From assembly GCA_963703315.1 (NCBI GenBank), contig OY969811.1, positions 608,001 to 672,000 of the forward strand: DNA of 64,000 nt, written 5' to 3'. Positions 1-9,502 of the stretch are shown piece by piece. A program made the translations under genes and the position numbers. The notes beneath the pieces are model-generated. The model was given only the letters and a program-made list of their open reading frames with translations. It made no database searches and was not told where the DNA came from. This DNA is from an uncultured cyanobacterium. Its GTDB lineage: Bacteria; Cyanobacteriota; Cyanobacteriia; Pseudanabaenales; Pseudanabaenaceae. Numbering within the stretch: position 1 is the stretch's first letter; each line of letters begins with the position of its first letter.

Positions 1-1470
1 GGTGCTTTGCACATCGGGCATTTAAGCTTAATCGATCGCGCTAGGACTGAGAATGCTTGTGTCGTTGTCAGTATTTTTGTCAATCCTTTGCAATTTGGTG
101 CAGGTGAAGACTTTGACAAATATCCACGAACTTTAGATAAAGATCGTCAGATGTGTGAAACGGCGGGAGTTGATGCAATTTTTGCACCAGAAGCTGCGGA
201 GATGGGGGTAAGCGATCGCGAAATGACTCAAGTCATACCGCCGTTCGCCATGACGGAAATCCTCTGTGGGCGATCGCGAGTTGGACATTTTCAAGGTGTG
301 GCGACCATCGTTACTAAGCTCTTGAATGCTGTCCAACCTGACCGAGCTTACTTTGGTAACAAAGATGGTCAGCAACTGGCGATTATTCGGCAATTAGTTG
401 ATGATTTAAACTTGCCTGTCGAGATTATCGGCTGTCCGACTATTCGTGAACCTAGTGGGTTAGCCTATAGCTCACGCAATCAGTATCTATCTGAAAGCGA
501 TCGCATTTTGGCAGCCCATATCTATCAAAGCCTGTTGCAAGCCCAACAGCAATTTTTTCTCTGCTATGAATTTTGTTCCCCATCACAAATTCTTGATGCA
601 GCCCGTAACTATCTCGCTAAGCTACCTGATATCAACCTAGAGTATATTGAATTAGTTGAGGCAAAGACCCTGCAACCATGCATTCAAATTACCTCTGAAG
701 CCGAACTAATGCTAGCAATCGCGGCTCGTATTGGAAATACACGTTTAATCGATAATATTTTGCTGAGTCACACTATTACCCCTCGAAAACCGATCATCGC
801 GATCGATGGTCCCGCAGGTGCAGGAAAATCCACTGTCACCAAACAGGTTGCCAATAAATTAGGCTTACTATTTTTAGATACAGGTGCAATGTACCGTAGC
901 GTGACGCTGGCTGTGTTACGAGAAGGCATTGACCTGCGCGATCAACAACAAGTACAGGAAATCGCCGCCAAATCTAAAATTCAACTGTTTGCCAATCCGA
1001 TCGCAGGTCAGCCCATGCAAGTCCTGCTCAACGGAGAAGATATTACAGCAGAAATTCGGATGCCTGAAGTGACGGCAAATGTATCGGCGATCGCCGCTCA
1101 AGCTGAGGTGCGGAAAATTTTAGTGAAGCAGCAACAACTAATTGGGCAGTCAGGGGGCGTGGTCATGGAAGGTCGTGACATCGGAACCAAAGTATTTCCT
1201 GATGCTGAAGTCAAAATATTTTTAACCGCCTCTGCTCAAGAGCGAGCTAAACGCCGCCAAGCTGATTTAACTACTCAAGGTCAAGTTGCCCCCGATCTTG
1301 CCACCCTTGAGCAGGAAATCCAAGAACGCGATCGCAAGGACTCCACTCGCGACCATTCACCTCTGACTCAAGCGATCGATGCAACTTTAGTCAACACAGA
1401 TGGTCTAACCATAGAAGAAGTGGTCGCAGCCATTGTAAATTTGTATGAACAAAAGGTACAAAAACCATGA
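1..1470 (+). CDS. panC/cmk: Bifunctional pantoate--beta-alanine ligase / cytidylate kinase (5' end lies outside the window)
   Basis: Frame is open from base 1 (GALHIGH). PanC motifs SIFVNPLQF, YFGNKD, SSRN and RLIDN are followed by Cmk motifs IAIDGPAGAGKST, LDTGAMYR and VMEGRDIGT. Confidence 0.97.
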   Translation, partial: GALHIGHLSLIDRARTENACVVVSIFVNPLQFGAGEDFDKYPRTLDKDRQMCETAGVDAIFAPEAAEMGVSDREMTQVIPPFAMTEILCGRSRVGHFQGVATIVTKLLNAVQPDRAYFGNKDGQQLAIIRQLVDDLNLPVEIIGCPTIREPSGLAYSSRNQYLSESDRILAAHIYQSLLQAQQQFFLCYEFCSPSQILDAARNYLAKLPDINLEYIELVEAKTLQPCIQITSEAELMLAIAARIGNTRLIDNILLSHTITPRKPIIAIDGPAGAGKSTVTKQVANKLGLLFLDTGAMYRSVTLAVLREGIDLRDQQQVQEIAAKSKIQLFANPIAGQPMQVLLNGEDITAEIRMPEVTANVSAIAAQAEVRKILVKQQQLIGQSGGVVMEGRDIGTKVFPDAEVKIFLTASAQERAKRRQADLTTQGQVAPDLATLEQEIQERDRKDSTRDHSPLTQAIDATLVNTDGLTIEEVVAAIVNLYEQKVQKP

Positions 1471-2006
1471 AATCGCCAATTCTCAAACTGCTTTTAATTG
1501 TGATGCCGATTTTGGCGATCGCCTCTAGTTCGTTGCCATCTACCCAAGCCCAAACCAGCACTGCCTTAACAATCCGTGCTGATGTCCAAGAAGCTAACTC
1601 GATCACAGGGGTAGTCACCGCCACAGGCAACGTCAAAATGACCTATCCCGCCCGACAGATTGATGCGATCGCTGAGCAAGCACAGTATTTTTCTAAGGAG
1701 CAGCGCGTAATTTTGACAGGCAATGTCGTAATTACCCAAGAAGGCGTAAATAGCATCAAGGCTCAAACTGTGACCTATCTAGTGACGGAAGGTAAATTTG
1801 TGGCATCCCCACAAGCTAATCAACAGGTCGAAACAATTTATGTAGTGCAAGACCGAGGAGTCACAGAGACTCCAGCCACTTCTACGACACCCGTCACCCA
1901 AATTAAACCATCTTTTAAAAAACAACAAGTTAGCCCATCCACCTCAACGATTTCTCCTGAAAAGTTGCCCACAAAACCACAAGAAATTATTCCTGATGGT
2001 AAGTAA
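1467..2006 (+). CDS. lptA: LptA/OstA family LPS transport periplasmic protein
   Basis: Signal peptide, the motif IRADVQEANSITGVVTATGNV...LTGNV, and position upstream of lptB. Confidence 0.85.
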   Translation: MKSPILKLLLIVMPILAIASSSLPSTQAQTSTALTIRADVQEANSITGVVTATGNVKMTYPARQIDAIAEQAQYFSKEQRVILTGNVVITQEGVNSIKAQTVTYLVTEGKFVASPQANQQVETIYVVQDRGVTETPATSTTPVTQIKPSFKKQQVSPSTSTISPEKLPTKPQEIIPDGK

Positions 2007-2010
2007 AAGT

Positions 2011-2079
2011 AATTACGAATTACGAGTTGTTAATTCGTAATTCGTAATTCGTAATTTTTAATTCGTAATTCGTAATTCC
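2011..2079. repeat. Heptamer tandem repeat (STRR-like): 2 x AATTACG, then 7 x TAATTCG-type units in the opposite orientation
   Basis: Read directly: AATTACG AATTACG A GTTGT TAATTCG TAATTCG TAATTCG TAATTTT TAATTCG TAATTCG TAATTCC. Confidence 0.9.
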
Positions 2080-2100
2080 TAACCAACTATCAACTGAGTA

Positions 2101-2829
2101 ATGCAAATCACCCTCGATAACGTTAGTAAAAACTACGGTGGTAGACAAGTAGTTCAACAAGTTAGTCTCACTGTCAAGCAAGGAGAAATTGTCGGACTGC
2201 TAGGACCAAATGGTGCTGGTAAAACTACCTCTTTTTACATGGCAACAGGACTAGTCCAGCCCGATAGCGGTAATGTGTGGCTAGATCAACAAGACATTAC
2301 TCGGCTCCCAATTCATCGACGGGCGCGGATGGGTATGGCGTATCTTGCTCAAGAGGCAACTATTTTTCGCCAATTATCGGTACGTGACAATCTCATGCTG
2401 GTGATGCAGCAAACTAATGTACCAAAGCAGTTACAAATACATCGACTTCGTACTTTATTAGAAGAATTTCGCTTAACTAAAATTGCTGATACGATGGGAA
2501 TCCAAGTTTCGGGAGGAGAACGTCGCCGTACCGAAATTGCCAGAGCCTTGGCGGTCGGTGTGGAAGGTCCTAAATTTATTTTGCTAGATGAGCCTTTTGC
2601 AGGTATCGATCCCATTGCCGTTGGTGAAATTCAGACAATTATTAGAAATCTGCGCGATCGCAATATGGGCGTGTTAATCACCGACCATAATGTTCGCGAA
2701 ACTTTATCAATCACTGATCGCGCCTATATCATGCGTGATGGTGAAGTTTTTGCCGATGGCTCTAGTCGAGAATTAGCAGATGATCCTGATGTTCGCAAGT
2801 ACTATCTCGGTGAAAAATTTCATTTTTAG
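2101..2829 (+). CDS. lptB: LPS export ABC transporter ATP-binding protein
   Basis: Motifs GPNGAGKTT, SGGERRRTEIARAL, LLDEPFAGIDP, ITDHNVRETL and YYLGE. Confidence 0.96.
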   Translation: MQITLDNVSKNYGGRQVVQQVSLTVKQGEIVGLLGPNGAGKTTSFYMATGLVQPDSGNVWLDQQDITRLPIHRRARMGMAYLAQEATIFRQLSVRDNLMLVMQQTNVPKQLQIHRLRTLLEEFRLTKIADTMGIQVSGGERRRTEIARALAVGVEGPKFILLDEPFAGIDPIAVGEIQTIIRNLRDRNMGVLITDHNVRETLSITDRAYIMRDGEVFADGSSRELADDPDVRKYYLGEKFHF

Positions 2830-2870
2830 TTGCCTGATTACAAAAGCAGTAAATTAAAACGTAAAAAACA

Positions 2871-3140
2871 ATGCAAAAAACGATCACGATTAACCTAACC
2901 CCCGAAGGAAATTTACAACTTCCTCTAGAGCTTCGCGATCGCTTTTCCAACGGTGAAGAGTACTTAGTTACTACAACCGAAGATACCATTACATTTAGGA
3001 AAAACACTAAATTAAGTTGGGAAGAACTCAGACAAAGACGAAATTTGATTGATGACGATCCCGAAGCTCTTTCGACTGAAGAAATTTGTGAAATTGTCAA
3101 AGAAGTTCGCAAAGAATTACGCAAAGAAGCATCAAGATGA
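2871..3140 (+). CDS. Putative antitoxin with an AbrB/MazE-like N-terminus
   Basis: 89 aa with the AbrB-like pattern EGNLQLPLELR and the C-terminus LSTEEICEIVKEVR; overlaps the PIN gene by 4 bp (ATGA). Confidence 0.65.
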   Translation: MQKTITINLTPEGNLQLPLELRDRFSNGEEYLVTTTEDTITFRKNTKLSWEELRQRRNLIDDDPEALSTEEICEIVKEVRKELRKEASR

Positions 3141-3361
3141 TCGTAGTTTTAGATACGAATATTTGGGTGTCTGCTATTATTTGGGGTGGAATCCCCGATC
3201 AGATTGTTTCTCTAAAGCAACTGGGACAGATAGAAATAGCTAAAGCTGATGTAATTGTTACAGGCGATCTTGATTTGTTAGTTTTAGCAGAATATGCAAA
3301 TATTCAGATTATGAATGCCAAAATTTTTTGGCAACGATACTTTGCTAATTATTTGGAATAA
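3137..3361 (+). pseudogene. PIN-family toxin with an internal in-frame deletion
   Basis: The N-terminal motif VVLDTNIWVSA and the C-terminal motif ADVIVTGDLDLL are both present, but the ORF is only 74 aa and the PIN middle is missing. Confidence 0.7.
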
Positions 3362-3406
3362 AACTCCAAAAACCTGTAATCTCGATCCAAGTCAATAACC
3401 TAGAAA

Positions 3407-4594
3407 ATGGCTACCTCACAAACGACTCAACCGAGGAAAAAAGTTACAAACGTGTCGCAGGGATGGCTACCAAGACTATCGATCATGGATCGCTATTTAT
3501 TCACGCAGATGCTCACACCCTTTCTCTTTGGTGTTGGTGCATTCTCCTCCGTGATCTTAGCGATCGGCTCACTGTTTGAACTTATCCGCCTGATCACGGA
3601 TTCGGGATTAAGTGTCTTAACTGCACTTCAGATTTTTGGGTATCAAGTCCCAGGGTTTATGGTGTACTCATTCCCGATGTCAATGCTGCTAGCAACATTG
3701 CTCTCCTACAGCCGTATGTCTGGTGATGGAGAAACAACTGCCTTACGCAGTTGTGGTGTCAGTGCTTACCGTTTAGTTGCACCTGCGTTGGTGCTAAGCC
3801 TGTTGGTGACGGGCATGACCTATGTATTTAATGAGGCGATCGTCCCTGCGGCTAATTGGCAATCGCGGAGTACTTTACGGGCAGCTTTAAATGAAGAAAG
3901 CCTTCAGTTTAAGCGCCAAGATATTGTCTACCAGCAGTATGGTGACGTGGAGCTAGAAAATGGCACAATTAAACAAGGCTTGATCCGTAGTTTTTATGCG
4001 CGTAGCTTTGATGGTCAAGAAATGCGCGGTTTGACAGTATTAGACTTTTCACAGGGCAAAGTTCAGCAAATTTTGGCGGCGGAGTCAGCCGTTTGGTTGT
4101 CTGATCAAAATGTCTGGAGATTTAATAAAGGGACAACCTATTTAATTGGTTCAGATGGGAACTACCGTAGTATTCTCCGATTTCAACAGCAAAACTTACA
4201 ACTACCTCGCGCTCCTTTAGACTTAGCCCAAGAGCAACGTAGTGCCGAAGAAATGAATATTACTGATATTCGCCGTAATATTGCCCTACTCAAGACATCT
4301 GGAAATACCAAAGAAATCCGTAAGTTAGAGGTAAAACTTGAGCAAAAGTATGCTCTTCCCTTTATCTGTGTGGTTTTTGCGATCGTTGGGGCTTCATTAG
4401 GAATGCGTCCTCAACGTACTGGTGCAGCACTTGGATTTGGTTTAAGTGTCTTAATTATTTTTGGATATTATTTATTGCTGTTTATCTGTGGTGCGTTAGG
4501 TCAAGTAGAGTTTCTCTCACCGATCGCTGCTGCATGGATGCCTAACTTAATTGGCTTAATGGCTGGAATTGTCATCCTGACCCGCGTTACCTAA
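3407..4594 (+). CDS. LptF/LptG family LPS export permease
   Basis: Motifs MDRYL, PMSMLLATLL, GETTALRSCGVS, KYALPF and AAAWMPN; six predicted TM helices. Confidence 0.93.
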   Translation: MATSQTTQPRKKVTNVSQGWLPRLSIMDRYLFTQMLTPFLFGVGAFSSVILAIGSLFELIRLITDSGLSVLTALQIFGYQVPGFMVYSFPMSMLLATLLSYSRMSGDGETTALRSCGVSAYRLVAPALVLSLLVTGMTYVFNEAIVPAANWQSRSTLRAALNEESLQFKRQDIVYQQYGDVELENGTIKQGLIRSFYARSFDGQEMRGLTVLDFSQGKVQQILAAESAVWLSDQNVWRFNKGTTYLIGSDGNYRSILRFQQQNLQLPRAPLDLAQEQRSAEEMNITDIRRNIALLKTSGNTKEIRKLEVKLEQKYALPFICVVFAIVGASLGMRPQRTGAALGFGLSVLIIFGYYLLLFICGALGQVEFLSPIAAAWMPNLIGLMAGIVILTRVT

Positions 4595-4687
4595 ACTGAA
4601 GAATCTGCCGAAGGTGGGAACAGACCCTGTGTACCTCACTCGCTCGTTTACAATGGGTTAGTTACATTGTTTTTGCCCAAAATTTGA

Positions 4688-7372
4688 ATGGCTGAATTAG
4701 TTCTGTCCTCGGCTCTAGTCAATCGCGCTGCCCTCACACCAATGATGCAGCACTACATCGACATGAAGGAGCAGTATCCCCATGCGGTGATGTTGTATCG
4801 ACTAGGAGATTTCTTTGAAGCATTTTTTGAGGATGCAGAACTAATTTCGCGGGAATTGGAATTGGTGTTAACGGGGCGCGATGGTGGTAAGGCGATCGGA
4901 CGCATCGCGATGGCAGGAATCCCTCACCATGCTCTTGATCGCTATGCCAATCAGTTAGTTGAAAAAGGCTACTCGATCGCTGTTTGTGATCAAATGGAAG
5001 CGGCTTCAGAAGCACAGGGATTAGTCCGCCGTGAGGTGACGCGAGTAATCACCCCCGGAACCGTGATCGAAGAGGGGATGCTGGCGGCGAAAAAAAATAA
5101 TTTCTTAGTGGCGATCGCCAATGGTGGTGAGAATTGGGGCTTAGCCTATACCGATATTTCCACGGGAGAATTTGCAGTTACCCAGTTAAATAGCACTGAT
5201 CATCTGATTCAAGAACTATTACGCTTGCAACCTGCGGAAGTTCTTATTCCCATTGATGTACCAAATCCGCAATTATTTCGCGGTTCTAAAGCTGAAAAGA
5301 CCGAAGCATTTTGGGAAGGCATTTCGCAAAAGAAACAATCTGCTTTACCTGAACCCTATAGTGCTTTACCTGAGAGCTTTTGCTATACACCGCGATCGCA
5401 ATCTGGTTTTGCCTTAGCCGAAGCCAAACAACGAATTCTTGATACATTTCGAGTGCGATCGCTAGAAGGTTTTGGCTGTAAGTCTTTACCGTTAGCAATT
5501 AGGGCGGCAGGGGGGATTTTAGAATATCTCGAATCTACCCAAAAAAGTGTGAAGATGCCCTTGCAAGGGATTTCTACCTATGCGATCGCTGATTATTTAA
5601 TCCTCGACAATCAAACGCGCCGCAATCTCGAAATTACCCAAACCGTGCGCGATGGCACTTATTACAGTTCACTTCTATGGGCGCTGGATAAAACTACTAC
5701 AGGCATGGGTAGCCGCGCTTTACGTCGTTGGCTATTGCAACCGCTTAAAGATATCGCCGCGATTAATGAACGTCTCGATACAATTACGGAACTATTCAAA
5801 CAACATTCTCTACGGAAGAATTTGCGAAGTTGTTTGAGTCAAATCTATGACATCGAACGATTATGCAGTCGCATCGGTGCAGGTACGGCAAACGGTCGCG
5901 ATTTAATTGCTGTTGCCGTATCTTTAGAAAGAATGCGCGATGTTGCTGACGTGGTTGCTAAATCTCATTCTCGCTATTTAAAAGCGTTGCAGTCCGTGCC
6001 ATCAGAACTATTACAACTTGGTGATCAATTACAAAGAACTCTAGTAGAAGAACCACCAATTTACATTACTGAAGGCAATATCATTCGTTCAGGAGTGAAT
6101 GAACAACTCGATCACCTGCGCCAACAGAGTCGTGATGATGTGGAATGGTTGGCAGCTTTTGAGAAACAGGAAAAGGAACGTACAGGCATTAATACGCTCA
6201 AAGTCGGCTTTAACAAAGCATTTGGTTATTACATTAGTATCTCGCGCGGCAAGAGTGAACAGGCTCCTGCGGATTACATTCGTAAGCAAACTCTGACCAA
6301 TGAAGAGCGATATATCACCCCCGAACTGAAGGAACGGGAAACAAGGATTCTCAATTCTGATAGTGAACTCAAGCAATTAGAATACGATTTGTTTGTAGAG
6401 TTGCGGTTACTTGCGGCAAAGCATATTGAACCGATGCGAATTCTTGCCACTGCCCTCGCTGCTGCTGATGTGTTGTGTAGCCTTGCGGAAGTAGCTGTCA
6501 CCTATAACTATTGTCGTCCAGATCTAAAAAGCGATCGCACTCTATCAATTATCAATGGTCGTCATCCTGTCGTCGAGCAGTCCCTCCCCGCAGGGTTCTT
6601 TGTTCCTAATTCCGTACATTTAGGAAATGAGCAAGATAATGACCATCCAGATTTAATCGTGTTAACAGGTCCGAATATGAGTGGCAAAAGCATTTATCTT
6701 CGCCAAGTCGGACTCATTCAACTCATGGCGCAGGTCGGTAGTTTTGTCCCTGCGGAGTCGGCGACTTTAGGAATCTGCGATCGCATTTTTACCCGTGTTG
6801 GTGCTGTCGATGACCTAGCCACAGGGCAATCCACATTTATGGTGGAAATGAATGAAACTGCAAATATTCTTAACCATGCTAAAGATCATTCACTGGTATT
6901 ACTCGATGAAATAGGGCGTGGCACTTCCACCTTTGATGGCATGGCGATCGCATGGTCAGTTGCTGAATATATTGCCAATAAAATCAAAGCACGCGGTATC
7001 TTTGCAACCCATTATCATGAACTCAATGAACTCGCTAGCCTGCTTCCCAATGTTGCTAATTTCCAAGTTACAGTCAAGGAATTAGAAGATGAAATTGTCT
7101 TTTTGCACCAAGTTCAAGCAGGCGGTGCAGATCGTTCATACGGTATTGAGGTGGGGCGCTTAGCGGGTTTGCCTGCTACGGTGATTAGTCGTGCTAAGCA
7201 AGTATTAGAGCAAATTGCCAAAAACAGCCATATTGCCACTGGTCTGCGATCAAGTAACTCTCATAGGGAACAGAGCGAAGCTCGCGATCGCGCACTAAAT
7301 TCATCATTAAAAAATATTCAAGCTTCATCAAATGAAACCCAAATGACAATTTTTGATACTAATTCTCCCTAA
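4688..7372 (+). CDS. mutS: DNA mismatch repair protein MutS
   Basis: Motifs [40 protein letters not shown] and FATHYHEL. Confidence 0.98.
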   Translation: MAELVLSSALVNRAALTPMMQHYIDMKEQYPHAVMLYRLGDFFEAFFEDAELISRELELVLTGRDGGKAIGRIAMAGIPHHALDRYANQLVEKGYSIAVCDQMEAASEAQGLVRREVTRVITPGTVIEEGMLAAKKNNFLVAIANGGENWGLAYTDISTGEFAVTQLNSTDHLIQELLRLQPAEVLIPIDVPNPQLFRGSKAEKTEAFWEGISQKKQSALPEPYSALPESFCYTPRSQSGFALAEAKQRILDTFRVRSLEGFGCKSLPLAIRAAGGILEYLESTQKSVKMPLQGISTYAIADYLILDNQTRRNLEITQTVRDGTYYSSLLWALDKTTTGMGSRALRRWLLQPLKDIAAINERLDTITELFKQHSLRKNLRSCLSQIYDIERLCSRIGAGTANGRDLIAVAVSLERMRDVADVVAKSHSRYLKALQSVPSELLQLGDQLQRTLVEEPPIYITEGNIIRSGVNEQLDHLRQQSRDDVEWLAAFEKQEKERTGINTLKVGFNKAFGYYISISRGKSEQAPADYIRKQTLTNEERYITPELKERETRILNSDSELKQLEYDLFVELRLLAAKHIEPMRILATALAAADVLCSLAEVAVTYNYCRPDLKSDRTLSIINGRHPVVEQSLPAGFFVPNSVHLGNEQDNDHPDLIVLTGPNMSGKSIYLRQVGLIQLMAQVGSFVPAESATLGICDRIFTRVGAVDDLATGQSTFMVEMNETANILNHAKDHSLVLLDEIGRGTSTFDGMAIAWSVAEYIANKIKARGIFATHYHELNELASLLPNVANFQVTVKELEDEIVFLHQVQAGGADRSYGIEVGRLAGLPATVISRAKQVLEQIAKNSHIATGLRSSNSHREQSEARDRALNSSLKNIQASSNETQMTIFDTNSP

Positions 7373-7454
7373 TCTAAAATTTTTTAATGCTTGTTATCAA
7401 ACACTTTAGATTTGGGAAAGTTAATTTTAAGTAAATTACAATCTTCTTTTGCTA

Positions 7455-7524
7455 TACAAGGAATTGTTTTCCCGCCCTCGGCGGGAAAACAATTCCTTAC
7501 TTTACTAGACTGTGAAATGCTATA
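7455..7524. mobile_element. MITE-like family A, partial copy
   Basis: Hairpin GGAATTGTTTTCCCGCC-CTC-GGCGGGAAAACAATTCC plus the right end AGACTGTGAAATGCTATA, matching the copy at 17949-18043. Confidence 0.75.
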
Positions 7525-7656
7525 GATTAAGATGCAATTATCAGCTAAAGTGTTTTGGGGTGAAGAAACAGCTATATTTTTATTGCAAAAATATTTATCA
7601 CAAAGTATTTTTTCAATAAGTACATCGTTATACAGCCTAGTCTTGATTTACGCAAC

Positions 7657-7774
7657 AGCCCTGTAATAAATTACGGGCTAAAAGCTTAAACCCGTTTCAA
7701 CGGGTTGATCATAGGAGTGTTTTAGTCTGCTTTAGCTGACTTTAGCTTTCAGCCAAGAACTTGAGTTCTTGGTT
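7657..7774. repeat. Compound REP-like element made of four short hairpins
   Basis: AGCCCTGTAAT/ATTACGGGCT, AACCCGTT/AACGGGTT, AGTCTGCT/AGCTGACT and AGCCAAGAACT/AGTTCTTGGTT, joined by mirrored linkers AAAAGCT and AGCTTTC. Confidence 0.6.
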
Positions 7775-8034
7775 AGTTTGAGTAAGTCCTACTAGTAAGG
7801 CTTTCTAGTGAGGCTTTAAGTAATAAAGACAAATTTTTTAAAGCTCTAATAATCAGTACTTTTAAAAATTTCTCTGGATTTTTATTCAGCATAAAACCCT
7901 ATAATTTTTATAAAAATCAGTTAAATAACTGCTTGCAAATTACTATAAATCATGGGTTTATTTGACTCTCTTTTAAGATTAACCAAAAGATTAACCAAAG
8001 CGATCGGACACAAAATTTTTAGTAGCAAAAGCTT

Positions 8035-9294
8035 ATGACTAGCCTCAGAAATGTGCTTGAGGAAATCGTTGTCTTAGAAGTGCAAGAGCAGCTTAAACAT
8101 CTGAGCCAACCAGCAAAAGAAACAATTAACATTAGCGAAGTAGCTGCCTTTGCACTTAATCGATTGCCAGCACTTTATGCGAGTACCAGTCGAGGATGGC
8201 TCCAACAGCGTAAACGCGCTTACCATGAACTACAGCATCAAATTACCAGTGCCGTGCAACAGGCATTGTTAGGAGTAAAACGCGACCCTTTACGTCAAGT
8301 CACTAAAATCGCTGCTAGCAAAGTTGAAACCCCTGCTCATGTTCTGGCGCAATTACAAACAATTTTTAGTAAGCCATCTTTGCAATGGCATGATGTACCT
8401 CAAACTTTTTCTGAAACTCTGGCTTTAGTCGGGCAAGATCCAGAATATGCAAGCTTGAGTATTAATGAACGTCATCGTCTACAAGATATAAAAGGTTATT
8501 TACAACGTAAATCTACGCATCATTATGATCATCAAGATTGGAAATCTAGTATCGAATTACCTAATCCTGAGCTTAACTCATACATTCTTTCCGCTTCTTA
8601 TTTTTTAATCAATGTTTTAGAAGATTTAGTACAGAAAGAAGTCAAAAATCAGTTAACCAATATGGCAAATGTTTTGCCTCGCAAAGTTGGTATTGATGAT
8701 GTTTCGGCTTATGTTCTTAATCGGTTGCCTGCAATGTATGCCACAACTGAGCAAGGCATAGTTTGGCAAACACAAAAGGTGCAAGAGCAAATATCTAGCC
8801 AGATTGAATCAACGGTCATTCAATCTCTGATGGCTTTGAGCAAAACACCACGCCGTCTCACCGAACCAATTCCACTGCTCAAATTTGAGGAAGAATGTAA
8901 TCAGGCAATTACAGAAATACGCCATATTTTTCATCGTGACGATGTGACATGGCGAAATGTAGCATCTTTAGTAGAATATGCGATCGCTCATGAGAAACAA
9001 GGCATGATCTATTGGCGGCAACAGTGGCGAATGCTGGGACAAATTTACAGCGAAATGTATTTAAAACCAGGGGAGGCGGAGTTATCCCTTACCCACACCA
9101 CAGAGGGTGAAGTTTTAGTTGTGCGAGCGCATACAAAAGCTGCTTTTGGTTGGCTAGCCGATAATCCTCGAACTTTAGGAATCAGTACTTTACGTCTATT
9201 TCCTGCGGTTGCAGAGATCGAGCTTTACGGATTCTTCTTAGATTTCTCAATTAACTATACCCGTGAAGAAATGGCAGCCGACGGGATTATTTAA
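8035..9294 (+). CDS. ComFB-family protein with two tandem ComFB domains
   Basis: Two copies of N(V)LE...(A)xxLNRLPxxYAxT..G, at about aa 5-88 and aa 192-275. Confidence 0.85.
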   Translation: MTSLRNVLEEIVVLEVQEQLKHLSQPAKETINISEVAAFALNRLPALYASTSRGWLQQRKRAYHELQHQITSAVQQALLGVKRDPLRQVTKIAASKVETPAHVLAQLQTIFSKPSLQWHDVPQTFSETLALVGQDPEYASLSINERHRLQDIKGYLQRKSTHHYDHQDWKSSIELPNPELNSYILSASYFLINVLEDLVQKEVKNQLTNMANVLPRKVGIDDVSAYVLNRLPAMYATTEQGIVWQTQKVQEQISSQIESTVIQSLMALSKTPRRLTEPIPLLKFEEECNQAITEIRHIFHRDDVTWRNVASLVEYAIAHEKQGMIYWRQQWRMLGQIYSEMYLKPGEAELSLTHTTEGEVLVVRAHTKAAFGWLADNPRTLGISTLRLFPAVAEIELYGFFLDFSINYTREEMAADGII

Positions 9295-9502
9295 TTTTTC
9301 AGGTTATTGGGAATGTAAGGATATGGGTGCAAATAAAATATCAATCAAAATTGAGGATTTGTTACAATTACAATTTCATTGTAATTGTAGAAAGCTAACA
9401 GATAATATGGTTAATGGGGTGCGGGTTGATGATGGTTATATTTATCAAATTCAGTAAACAAGATCCATTCATACGTTAGTTCTTAATATTCATTAATTTT
9501 AT

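Noticed and set aside
9263..9457. 64-aa ORF after the ComFB gene
   Set aside because: Overlaps the upstream gene, is AT-rich, spans a palindrome and has no recognisable motif.
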